63,811 nt of DNA from Paraspadella gotoi. Its lineage: Eukaryota; Animalia; Chaetognatha. Made by a program: the position numbers and the translations under genes. Below, in pieces: positions 14,581-27,011 of the stretch. The notes beneath the pieces were generated by a model. It was not told the DNA's origin. It made no database searches and was given only the letters and a program-made list of their open reading frames with translations. Every line of letters starts with the position of its first letter. The first letter of the stretch is position 1. The stretch is taken from positions 17,356,077-17,419,887 of the forward strand of contig CM119270.1 in the NCBI GenBank assembly GCA_051294375.1. The letters run 5' to 3'.

Positions 14581-15411
14581 CAGAAAAAAATGGCGTAAAA
14601 TACAAAAAAATGGGGAAAAAAAAGAAAAAGAACAAAACAAAAAGGCATCCGTCCGTCTACCTGTCGCTCCGTGATCGAAGCAAAATCCCAAAAACGACGC
14701 GAACGAAAGGAAAGATTTAAGATTTGGAAGGAAAATCTTTCCGCTTTTCGATCCACGACGTTTCCCTTTTCTTTTTCCTCCTTCCTCCTTTCCTCCTTCC
14801 TCCTTTCCTCCTTCCTCCTTTCCTCCTCTGTCGACTCGCAATGTCATTCTTCTCTTTTTATTCCGCCGTTTGTAAAATGAAATTAACGCGACCGGGGGGG
14901 GAGCTTCAAGAGAAAAGTAAAAAACTTGAAATTAGATCAAAGCGAGTAATTGGTTTCAAAATTTAATTCGTTTTATTAATAAGATTAAATTAAATTCCGT
15001 CTTAAACTATAATTTAACTAGGTCGATGAGTTAAAATATATAATTACAATTTATTAAACGATTTTAAGCGTCAGCAACCCACCCCCCCAAAAAAAAGGAA
15101 ACGCGTATTTTTTTTTATTCAAAATCACTATTTGTTTACAATTTTGTTCATTTGTTCCTCTTGTCCACAAAATCGAACTACAAACGAACATTTTAATCTT
15201 CCGAACTTTGATCCGAATTTTTAAAATCGTGACGAGAGAAACGGACAGGTGATTCCATTCTTTTCACGGCCCTTGGTGTGATTCCCTTCTTTTCACGGCC
15301 CTTGTGTGATTCTCACGATCGTAAATCGTCATCGCACTTAGGTCAACGACTGAGCCTTTCGTGAATCGAAACGAAACAAAAGGACATCGACCTCTTTTTT
15401 AACATGAATGT

Positions 15412-15457
<46 letters not shown>

Positions 15458-18189
15458 ATATATATATACCATGATGGAAAAAAAAATCGTCGCCGGTTGG
15501 AAAAAGTCGGTTAATTTCATTGTAAATATTTTTTGGCCATTAAATAGGTTTAATATTGACTCTTAATGAATAAAAATATATTTCTCAACCGCATAAAATT
15601 ATTTATTGCATCAATTATTTCCAAAAGAGGTTGTTCTAACTGTTTTCACCTCTTTTTTTTCAAAAGACTAATCATATTTTTATTAATTATTATATCTCTG
15701 AATAATATTTTTATCAGAATTTGGGCAAAAAAATGGTGAAACTGAAAAGCATTGATTCCCTTTAAAGTAAACCAGGCTTCAGTTTTTGCTGCATAAATGT
15801 GATGATGCATTGTCTTTCCCTTCAACAAAATATTTGATGTTTTTTTGGGGGAGGATTTGTTTGATATTTCTTTCTGAAATACATCCAGAGGTAAATAAAA
15901 ATGATAACTTTGCTCACAGAAAGGTTTACCCAGAGTCTTATTACTTTTTATTGATACTTTACAATATAAAAAATTCTGGAGCATCTACAGCATCAATGTA
16001 TTTATAATATTGCTTTTTTTGATATATGAATTAAGATTCCATCACTGAATCTATCCTAATAGGATGATGCAATAACCATTTGACATGAGACAGAAAAGGC
16101 AAGGATTTTAAAAGTTTTTATACTTGTTTTTAATACGTTTAATTTCATGTCTTTTAATTGATACCAATACATGTTAACCTTGCTAACCTTCGAATTCATG
16201 GCCGAGAAAATTAGATTATAGAGTACAAAATCAAACAATATAATGAAAAAATAAAATGTTAAAAACTTTAAAGGTCACGTGACCACTCTCCGCCAATCAA
16301 AATCGGGATTGTCAAAAATATTAAAAATAAAAAAGAGATCGAACATTTTATGTATGTTTGTGTCTATAATATTAAGAAATATGTAAGTGGTATCGGAAAA
16401 CATCGGAGAGTAAAAGTTTCTGTAGAAAAAAATATCGTCAATCCAGCTACTGTACAATATGTTAATGAGGTTGAAAAACTCAATGTCATTTAAAATTAAC
16501 CAACAAGTTACTCTGCTACATTCAGTGATTCAATCATTTGTGTGTAAACCCGTAATTCGTGGCAATCTCCCTAATTCAAATTCGAGGGATGTCAGTAAAG
16601 TGCACCAGTTGAGAAGTTAATATTTAATTAACTTGCCCCATCTACTTGTTTTTTAACTTTGCCTTATTATTTTTTTCAGACAGGTTTTTTAATTCGGATC
16701 TGTTTTAGGGCTGCTTATCAGCAGACCCGACTTTATAATTCACTTTGGTCGGTAAAGAACCTGTTTCATAATTTATTATGCTTACTTTTTCTTTTTATTT
16801 TAAATGTAAATGCAAGATGATTAATTCATCAAACTAATTATTCAGTTAATTAATCAATTAAGTGGAATTAATTAATAAATAATTTAAGTTAAATCAATCA
16901 AACAACATTTTGAATCATATTAATTAATTGCCTTGATTAATCTAAATAATTAACCTTGCTTAAAATAATTATTAATTAATTAAATAATTAATTACTGATA
17001 ATGATCGTGGGCAGATCCGACATTGTTTGCTAAACTTGTTTAACGCAGAAGAAGATTGAATGAAAGCAAAATCGAGAGGTTAAGGAATTCATCCACAACT
17101 AGATTTTAATAAAGGTGGGAAACTGCGGCATTTCTCATTTTTAAAAAAAATCATTTGTTCAACTTCAAGGTACGCGTTTTTACATTTATATGTTTTACAT
17201 GAAAACTTAATATAAAAATTTTCATTTGGATTTTTTCAAAGATCTTCTGACTCACAGTTATACACGGATTTCAAATGGGAGTGAAACTGATTGACTGTGA
17301 TTAATATTTTATTTTCAGTAGTGAAAATCCCTGACGTTTATGTTCCATATAAGCAAATTGATAATACTTTACATCATAACAACTGTGTGCGTTGCCTTAC
17401 AGCAGCTTTTTTTGCAACATTTTTCCCATCTTATTTGATATTCAATTTTAAACTCATTGTGAAAAAAATGGAGACTAATATTTAATTTATTTTGCATTCA
17501 TTAATTAGTATAATGTAAAATTCTTATTAATATATTTAAAGATTTGTTAGGTCAAAAGGCGTTTGCTAGGTCATTGTTCTTTGGTAATTCGTTTTAACTC
17601 TTAAATTTTTATTTTCTATAAGTTTAACTAGGAAAAACATTCTTATTGTTATTCAAAAATTTTTAAGACATAAAATTGTTTTTCTCTTAATTCCCAAAAA
17701 CAACGAAAATGAAAGTCTATACACAAAGTTTAACTAGAACAAGTTTCAGCAAGCAATTTGGATCTGCCCACGATAATTATTGTAATTAATAAATTATAAT
17801 TAAATAATTCAAATTAATTAATTAATTAGGCGTTATTTTAATTAAGACTTTTGTTACTAACTACGACAGAAGCAATGATGACGATGAGAATAATCGATAA
17901 CGATTGACTTGATTGATTGACTGAATTAATTAATTATTGATTAGATTAATTACATAATTGTTAATTAACGATTAATTATTTGATTAAATATTTACATCTT
18001 ACATTTATATTTAATATAAAAGGGAAAAAGAAGCATGATAAGCATCAGTGACANNNNNNNNNNNNNNNNNNNNNNNNNTGTGATTCTCACGATCGTAAAT
18101 CGTCATCGCACTTAGGTCAACGACTGAGCCTTTCGTGAATCGAAACGAAACAAAAGGACATCGACCTCTTTTTTAACGGAATGAATATG

Positions 18190-18267
<78 letters not shown>

Positions 18268-20033
18268 TATACCATGATGGAAAAAAAATCGTCGCGGTTG
18301 GAAAAAGTCGGTTAATTTCATTGTAAAATATTTTTTTTGGCCATTAAATAGGTTTTAATATGTAACAAGACCTCTTTAAGACTGAATAAAAATATTATTT
18401 CTCAACCGCATAAAATTATTTATTGCATGCAATTATTTCCAAAAGAGGTTGTCTCTAACTGTTTTCACCTCTTTTTNNNNNNNNNNNNNNNNNNNNNNNN
18501 NGTTGTGCGGAAATGTTTGAATAGTTTCTATGCCTCACGGGGTCGCACGTTCAAGACGTTAATAATTCTTAAGTTGTATTATATTATCAAAAACCCGTAG
18601 AAACTTTACTTTTAACGGGCAGACGCTAAGTTGATTGGATTAAAAATTCATGATGAATCAGCCTACAAGTTGATATTAACCTTAAAAGGTCAAGTCTATT
18701 CAATAAAAAATGACCGGTCATTCGAAGTTGGCCGACTGAAAAAGATAGAGACGAGGCATATTATTTTTCCTCAAGTTGGACATGCACACATCGCACAGGC
18801 ACAAAGATTCGCTCGAGCGTAAATCCGCATAACGCGATAAGTTAAGTTTCACTGTTACTCATTCCCGATATTCAATTCAATTACAAATTGACTTTTAAAT
18901 GAGAAACAAAGAGCTCGTGTTTGTTTTACGGAATCGTATAATCGTTGAACGAAAGAAAAAAGTGTGGATAAAAATGGTACAAAATAACATATCGAGTAAT
19001 GGGAATAAGGAAAGAAAAAGATAGGGACTGGAATATAGGAAAAAGAGAGAGGGTACTTAAAGAAAAAATAAGTGAAGAGAGATACTGGGAAAAAGGAAAG
19101 AAAAAGAAGGGACTGGAAGATAGGAAAAAAAGAGAGGGTTACTAGAAGAATAGATAAGTTAGGAGAAGTAATGAGAAAAAGAAAAGAAAAGATGGGGACT
19201 GGAAGAGAGGAAAAAGAGATAGGGTTACTTGAAAAAAAGATAAGTAAAGAAAGGTACTGGGAAAAAAAGAGAAAAAGATGGGAACTGGAAGATAGGAAAA
19301 AGAGAGAGGGTTACTTGAAGAAAAGATAAGTAAAGGGAAGTACTGGGGAAAGAGAGAAAGGGAATCAGAAAAAAAGGCGTAAAATACAAAAAAATGGGGA
19401 AAAAAAAGAAAAAGAACAAAAACAAAAAGGCATCCGTCCGTCTACCTGTCGCTCCGTGATCGAAGCAAAATCCCAAAAACGACGGCGAACGAAAGGAAAG
19501 ATTTAAGATTTGGAAGGAAAATCTTTCCGGCTTTTTCGATCCACGACGTTTCCCTTTTCTTTTTCCTCCTTCCTCCTTTCCTCCTTCCTCTCTTCCTCCT
19601 TTCCTCTTTCCTCCTCTGTCGACTCCGCAATGTCATTCTTCTCTTTTTATTCCGCCGTTTGTAAATGAAATTAACGCGACCGGGGGGGAGCTCAAGAGAA
19701 AAGTAAAAAACTTGAAATTAGATCAAAGCGAGTAATTGGTTTCAAAATTTAATTCCGTTTTTTAATAAGATAAATTAAAGTTCCGTCTTAAACTATAATT
19801 TAACTAGGTCGATGAGGTTAAATATATAATTTACAATTTATTAAACGATTTTAAGCGTCAGCAACCCACCCCCCAAAAAAAAGAAACGCGTATTTTTTTT
19901 TATTCAAAATCACTATTTGTTTGACAATTTTGTTCATTTGTTTCCTCTTGTCACAAAATCGAACTACAAAACGAACATTTTAATCTTCCGACTTTGATCC
20001 GAATTTTTAAAATCGTGACGAGAGAAACGGACA

Positions 20034-20335
20034 GGTGATTCCATTCTTTTCACGGCCCTTGGTGTGATTCCCTTCTTTTCCACGGCCCTTGGTGTGATTC
20101 CCTTCTTTTCACGGCCCTTGGTGTGATTCCCTTCTTTTCACGGCCCTTGGTGTGATTCCCTTCTTTTCACGGCCTTGGTTGATTCCGCTTCTTTTCACGG
20201 CCTTGGTGTGATTCCCTTCTTTCACGGCCCTTGGTGTTGATTCCCTTCTTTTCACGGCCCTTGGTGTGATTCCCTTCTTTTCACGGCCCTTGGTGTGGAT
20301 TCTCTTCTTTCACGGCCCTTGGTGTGATTCTCACG
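20034..20335. repeat. 29-bp minisatellite, about 10 copies plus a partial unit
   Basis: Same unit as 10664-10983; followed by a (TA)n run at about 20454-20518. Confidence 0.92.
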
Positions 20336-20448
20336 ATCGTAAACGTCATTCGCACTTAGGTCAAACGACTGAGCCTTTCGTGAATCGAAACGAAACAAAA
20401 GGACATCACCTCTTTTTTAACGGAATGAATATGATAATATATATTATA

Positions 20449-20520
<72 letters not shown>

Positions 20521-21770
20521 ATGATGGGAAAAAAAATCGTCGCGGTTGGAAAAAGTCGGTTACATTTCATTGTAAAATATTTTTTTTGGCCATTAAAAGG
20601 GTTTTTGATATGTTACAAACCTCTTTAAGACTGAATAAAAATATTATTTCTCACCGCCATAAAATTATTTATTGCATGCAATTATTTCCAAAAGAGGTTG
20701 TCTCTAACTGTTTTCACCTCTTTTTGTTCAAGGACTAATCATATTTTTATTAATATTATATCTCTGACATAATATTTTTTATCAGAATTTGGGCAAAAAA
20801 TGGTGAAAACTGAAAAGCATTGATTCCCTTTAAAGTAAACCAGGCTTCAGTTTTTGCTGCATAATGTGATGATGCATTGTCTTTCCCTTCAACAAAATAT
20901 TTGATGTTTTTTTAGGGGGGGATTTGTTTGATATTTCTTTCAGATAATACATCCAGAGGTAAATAAAAATGATAACTTTGCTCACAGAAAGGTTACCCAG
21001 AGTCTTATTACTTTTATTGATACTTTACAATATAAAAAAAATTCTGGAGCATCTACAGCATCAATGTATTTATAATATTGCTATTTTTTTGATATATGAA
21101 TTAAGATTCATCACTGAATCTATCCTAATTGAGATGATGCAATAACCATTTGACATGAGACAGAAAAGGCAAGGATTTTAAATAGTTTTTAACTTGTTTT
21201 TAATACGTTTATTTCATGTCTTTTAATTGATACCAATACATGTTAACCTTGCTAACCTTCGAATTCATGGCCGAGAAAATTAGATTATAGAGTACAAAAT
21301 CAAACAATAATAATGAAAAAATAAAATGTTCAAAAACTTTTAAAGGTCACGTGACCACTCTCCGCCAATCAAAATCGGGATTGTCAAAAATATTAAAAAT
21401 AAAAAAAGGGATGTGATCCGAACATTTTATGTATGTTTGGTGTTATAATAATTAAGAAATATGTAAGTGGTATCGGAAAAATCGAGAGGTAAAAGTTTCT
21501 GTAGAAAAAATAATGATTCAAATCCAGCTTACTGTACAATATGTTAATGAGGTTGAAAAACTCAATGTCATTTAAAATTAACCAACAAGTTACTCTGCTA
21601 CATTCAGTGATTCAATCATTTTGTTGAAACCGTAATTCGTGGAATCTCCCTAATTCAAATTCGAGGGATGTCAGTAAAGGTGCACCAGTTGAAGAATGTT
21701 AATATTAATTAACTTTGCCCATCTACTTTCGTTTTTTAACTTTGCCTTAATCATTTTTTTCAGACAGGTT

Positions 21771-22522
21771 TTTTCATTGGATCTGCTTTTAGCTGCTTTC
21801 AGCAGATCCCGACTTTATAATTCACTTTGTCGGTCCGTCGGTCCACCCCCTCAATCTTGTTGGGCATTCACTTATATCATGCCAGAACATTGAATTATGA
21901 TAAATTGTGTAGAAAAAACGATGTCCGTCCATCCATCCCACCTTAGCAAAAAACACCAATTACTCGTGATTCAATGAATGGATTTGAATGAAATTTTGTG
22001 TGTGGGTAGGGAAGTGTGTGATCGATCTGGATATGAAGTTTCTATTGAATCGTCCGAGTGGAAATGAGTTTAAATGAAAAAAACAAAAAAATATATTTTA
22101 CTATTTGAACACCAATTACTCATAAGTGGATGGGGCGATTGACTTGAAATTTTGTATTCAGGTAAAAAAGTGTGTGATTAAACTGGAAACCAAGATTCGA
22201 TGGAATCGTTTGTGTGGAAATGAGTTTAAAAATGAAAAACAAAGAACCTGTTTCACTAATTGATTATGCTTCTTTTTCTTTTTATTTTAAATGTAAATGC
22301 AAGATGTATTAATTAATCAAATAATTATTCAGTTAATTAATCAATTAGTGAATTAATTAATCAATAATTAATTAATCAATCAAAACAAACATTTTGGATC
22401 ATATTAATTAATTGCCTTATTAATTAAATAATTACCTTGCTTAAAACAATTATTAATTAATTAAATAATTAATTACTGATAATGATCGTGGGCAGATCCG
22501 ACATTGTTTGCTCAAACTTGTT
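21771..22522 (+). mobile_element. Helentron-associated non-autonomous element (HINE / DINE-1-like)
   Basis: 5' GGATCTGC...GCAGATCC inverted pair, GTCC microsatellite, 3' subterminal repeat GCAGATCCGAC then a GTTTG-CT-CAAAC hairpin and TT; no TSD. Confidence 0.75.
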
Positions 22523-22747
22523 TAACGCAGAAGAAGATTGAATGAAAGCAAAATCGAGAGGTTAAAGGAAATTTCATCCACAACTAGATTTTTAATAAAG
22601 GTGGGAAACTGGGCATTTCTCATTTTTAAAAAAATTCATTTGTTCAACTTCAAGGTACGCGTTTTTACATTTATATGTTTTACTGAAAACTTAATATAAC
22701 AATTTTCATTTTGAATTTTTTCAAAGATCTTCTGACTCACAGTTATA

Positions 22748-23894
22748 CACGGATTTCAAATGGGAGTGAAACTGATTGACTGTGATTAATATTTGTTTAT
22801 TTCAGTAGTNNNNNNNNNNNNATTCGTTTTAACTCTTAAATTTTTATTTTCTATAAGTTTACATGTTTGTCAAATACTGTCATTAAAATTCGTTGTCAAA
22901 ACAAATAAAAATTGTTTTTCTCTTAATTCCCAAAAACAACGAAAATTGAAAGTCTATACACAAAGTTTTAACTAGAACAAGTTTCAGCAAGCAATGTTGG
23001 ATCTGCCCACGATAATTATTGATAATTAATTAATTAATAATTAAATAATTCAAATTAATTAATTAATTAGGCGATTAATTAATTAATTAATTTGAACCCA
23101 AATGTTTGTTTTTAAGACTTTTTGTTATTAACTACGACAGAAGCAATGATGACGATGAGAATAATGTCGATAACGATTGACTTGATTGATTGACTGATTA
23201 ATTAATTATTGATTAATTAATTGACCAATTGATTAATTAACAGATTAATTATTTGATTAATTATTACATCTTACATTTATATTTAATATAAAAGGGAAAA
23301 AGAAGCATAATAAATTAGGGACAAGGTTTTTTGTTTTTTCCATTTAAACTTATTTCCACTCAAACCATTCCATCCATTGATTTCCAGCTTAATCACACAC
23401 TTTCCTAACCACATACAAAATTTCAGGTCAATCGCCCCATCCACTCATGAGCAATTGGTGTTCAGATTGTGAAATATATATATTTTTTTCCATTTAAACT
23501 CATTTGCACTCGGACGATTCCATCGTAACTTCATATCCAACTCTATCACACACTTTCCAACCCACACACAAAATTTCATTCCAATCCATCCATTCAATCA
23601 CGAGTAATTGGTGTTTTTTGCTAAGGTGGGATGGACGGACGGAGGGACATCGTTTTTTTTGCATAATTTATCATAATTCGATGTTCTGACATGATATAAG
23701 TGAATGCCTGACAAGATTGAGGGGGCGGACCGACGGACCGACAAAGTGAATTTTAGAGTCGGGATCTGCTGAAAGCAGATCTGACTAAAAACGTCAGCGA
23801 TTTTTCTACCAGATTGCAAAATTTGAAGTTGCTATAACAAATAATTTAGCCACAGTATTTGATCATTTCATTTCACTCCCATTTGAAATCTGTG
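22748..23894. mobile_element. Tc1/mariner-type MITE with a nested HINE
   Basis: 24-bp TIRs CACGGATTTCAAATGGGAGTGAAA / TTTCACTCCCATTTGAAATCTGTG (1 mismatch), flanked by TA on both sides. Confidence 0.8.
22977..23791 (-). mobile_element. HINE / DINE-1-like element, full length, minus strand
   Basis: Reverse complement of the 21771-22522 family, with both termini present (aacaagttt...ggatctgccc and gtcgggatctgctgaaagcagatctgactaaaa). Confidence 0.78.
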
Positions 23895-24513
23895 TAGCAC
23901 TCTGGTGGCAATCCGCCAACCGTTAACAAAGGCCGGGTGTTGAATCCCGGTGGCCGCCTCACAGTTAAGAGAGAAGGGGTGCTCAACCCTCCTGTAACGT
24001 GGCGTTACAGCCTGCGTATTAGGGCGTTTAAAAATAACAAAACATGAAATCGAATAAGGTACATAGCTATTTTAGTGTAATCAAGTTTGTAGAATTCGAT
24101 GTTGATAACCAATTTTTTTGGATAGTTCCATCTTCTTTGTCAAAAATGGCGATTTTTTCAGCATATAAGGTACTATTCAAATGCAACAAACGTTGTAAAG
24201 TTTAAGAAAATCAAATTATTAAATTTTTTTAAAAACTATATTTAACTTACTTAATATGAAAATAAAGACCCATATAAATATTTCAGTAAGTTTATTTACA
24301 AATTTTATATTTTATTAAATGTTTGTTAGCTATATTTATTAATAAATAATAATAAAAAGTAAGCTAAAGAAAAAAATAAAAATTAAAAAAAATTAAAAAA
24401 GGATTTGTATTCCTTACAAAAAGTTGATATAAGAAAGTATAATTCATTTTAACAAATTCTTTTATTAAGTTAGTTAAAAATGTTAAAAACTATTTTTTTT
24501 ATATAATTTTTTA

Positions 24514-24819
24514 GGCATCGCGAATTTCCTTTCGTTTCGTTGTGTTTGAATTAGTAGAAGAAGTTTGAATTTGTTTACAACAACGATTTTATTGGTACTT
24601 AGGGACGTACATGTTTCGGCTTTAAATTACAAGCCTTCTTCACTTTCCACATTAATATCTTCCAAACCTAATTCTCCCTTTCCTTTCACATTTCAATTTC
24701 ACTGTTTCATACTCAATTATTTATTAAGTAGTTTATTGTTAAAATATTTATTTCACTGTTAGTTTAAATCATTTATCTCTGTTGTACATTGCACAATGTA
24801 TTGTTTATAATGTTTCTTT

Positions 24820-24851
<32 letters not shown>

Positions 24852-25172
24852 TGTCTCTCTCTCTCTCTCTCAAAATTTTCACCACTTAATTTCTTTTCAC
24901 AATCTAGCTCAATCTGTCTTCACCTTAACCTGTCCTCACATCTGACCACTATTCTTTTCTTAACTCTGTGTTGGAAACTTTGCCCTCTCTCTGTCTCCCT
25001 CTTTCTCTCTCTCTATCTCTCTCTCTTACTTTTCCTTTGCACAAATAATTTGTAAAATTCATAAACAATTTTCTATGGCGCTGAAGAAGGCTTGTAATTT
25101 AAAGCCGAAACATGTACGTCCCTATGTACCAATAAAATCGTTGTTGTAAACAAATTCAAACTTTTTCTACTA
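24514..25172 (+). mobile_element. Penelope-like element pseudo-LTR remnant with an inverted 5' tail copy
   Basis: An about 90-bp inverted repeat (24551-24642 vs 25082-25173); body similar to 34660-34990; hammerhead core and AATAAA at the 3' end; candidate 13-bp TSD ATATAATTTTTTA (24501-24513 / 25173-25185). Confidence 0.75.
25077..25120 (+). ncRNA. Minimal type I hammerhead ribozyme (Penelope-associated)
   Basis: GGCG-CTGAAGA-A-GGCTT(gtaattta)AAGCC-GAAA-CATG-TA-CGTC: CUGANGA and GAAA core, stem II, palindromic ACATGT stem III, GUA cleavage triplet, stem I GGCG/CGTC. Confidence 0.72.
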
Positions 25173-25713
25173 ATATAATTTTTTAAATTTTTGGCTTAAA
25201 ATTATAGTTTTTCTGAATTTTGGTCAACTTGATGACATAATTTTCTTTTAGCAACTTTTTGAAAGGAATACAAATCCAGGAATAAAATTTTGAAATTATT
25301 ATTTTTTAACTTTAACCTAATTTTTTCTCAGAATTATTAATAAATATAGTTAACTAACTTTTTATAAAATATAAAATATAGAAATAAACTTACCAAAATA
25401 TTTTTATAAGTCTTTATTTTTATATTTCAAAATTTTAATAATTTGATTTATCATAATTTATAATTGTTATTCTTTTTTATGACAATTTTATATACATTAA
25501 AAATCGTCATTTTCGACAAGAAAGATAAGATTATACAAAAAAATGGTCATTACCATCGAATTCTAAAGACTTGTTTACACTAAAATAGCTATGTACCTTA
25601 TTCGATTTGTTATTTTTTGTTATTTTTAAACACCCTACTGCGTATATAGAATGGTTCTTTCACTAACTAACAATTATTCTGTCTCTTCAGTTCGTTTATT
25701 CACCGATTCCACC

Positions 25714-25881
25714 ATGCCGTCTTCCGAAGACCCATACTCGACAGTGAGCAAAAAAGAAAGCAAAAGCTCCAACGCCTCTGCTGTGGGGAAGGTGCTCTTT
25801 GTTTTTATCGGCATCATCGGCGTCATCGTTGTCATTCTCCTACTCATCTTCCTCTCAGTCAGGGTCGATGAACTCGACAAG
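25714..25881 (+). CDS. Gene A exon 1: cytoplasmic tail plus signal-anchor TM helix of a type II membrane protein
   Basis: ccaccATG Kozak context; MPSSEDPYSTVSKKESKSSNASAVGK-VLFVFIGIIGVIVVILLLIFLSV-RVDELDK; donor AAG|GTAAAT phase 0; upstream acceptor-like tctcttcag ending at 25690. Confidence 0.85.
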
Positions 25882-27011
25882 GTAAATGGAGCGTTTGGTT
25901 GGGTGGTAATTATCTCTGTCGTTTTTCGTGGTAAGATGTCTGGATTCACTTATATTTATGCTTAGTAACTTAATTATTAAAACGATACAACTGTGTTCCT
26001 TGAGTTAAAAATGGTTGTTCAGTAAAGTGTAGCAATAATATTAAAATCAAGTAGAAAAAAAATTCCTGTGAACATTGATATATAAAATTTTTTTTAATTT
26101 CTCAATTTTTGCATACGCCTATATACGCCTTTATAAATGTTAAAATTTTAAAATATATTTTTCTTATTTTTGAATGCCAATTCGAATTCCTCACGAAAAG
26201 TTAATGAAAAGAAATATAACTCTTTTTAGAAAATTATTTCATTAAGTGGTTCTAGTTGGTACAGGGCGCTTAACCCGCCTGTAACATGGTGTTGCAGCCT
26301 GATCCGAAGCTCAGGGACTGCTTATATTGAACGGTTCTGTCATTAACACTTATCAATAATTACTGTATCTTCAGTATATAAAATACTAACAGGCCCAAAA
26401 CCGATAAAATTATTAAGTGACTGATAGATTAGTAGATTGATAAATGATAAATTGAAAGATGATAAAAAGACTAGTAATAATAATGTGGATGCATACATTT
26501 AAAGAGATCTGCAATGTATAATGTACATATCATGATATGCTTGTAAAGATAGAACATTCAATCAGAAAAATGACATAAAAATAAATCAAAGACTCAAATA
26601 ACCCAAAAAAAGCTTTTCATCTTATCATAAAAGTCAAAGCTCATTTTTTTGGAATTTATTAAAAATAATGTTTCTCTTCTTAATTTTAGAAAATTAGATC
26701 ATAAATTTGTCAGTTATATTTCTGTTTTAAAGCAACTTTTGTCAATTAAAAATTGCCTACTTTTAATCAGTAAACTATTAGATTGTCTATTCACTACTTA
26801 AGAAAATATCTTTTTCTAAGTTCACACCTTAAATGACACATACAAACTCCTTGAACATTACATTCAAAACAGAAGGAAAGTGCACAAGTTGATTAAATTT
26901 AATGAAAGCAATATATATCATAAAATATATATATATTACATTCATTAATGATAGAGATCTTGATGGCCAGAACCTAAAAGGCTATGTCTCTAATGATATT
27001 TTCTATTTCAG

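Larger units (their letters stand above)
8322..22809. other. Three to four tandem copies of a 4-5 kb segment (starts near 8322, 13682, 18502; fragment 18079-18476) separated by 25-N gaps; probable assembly artefact
   Basis: Each copy starts gttgtg..ggaaatgttgaatagtttctatgcctcacg and has the same internal order. The gaps at 13657-13681, 18054-18078 and 18477-18501 are all exactly 25 N. The first copy is insertion-rich, like an uncorrected read. Confidence 0.75.
24020..25637. mobile_element. Long-TIR foldback non-autonomous DNA transposon, hAT-like
   Basis: Ends TAGGG...CCCTA; imperfect inverted arms of about 400-450 bp; perfect 8-bp TSD CTGCGTAT at 24012-24019 and 25638-25645. Confidence 0.85.

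Noticed and set aside
25729-25746. DPYSTV as an ITIM
   Set aside because: Position -2 is Asp rather than S/I/V/L; it fits only a generic YxxPhi sorting or phosphorylation motif.
25882-25965. Longer exon 1 using the G|GTAAGA donor at 25931
   Set aside because: It would be phase 1 and break the frame with the phase 0 acceptor of exon 2.
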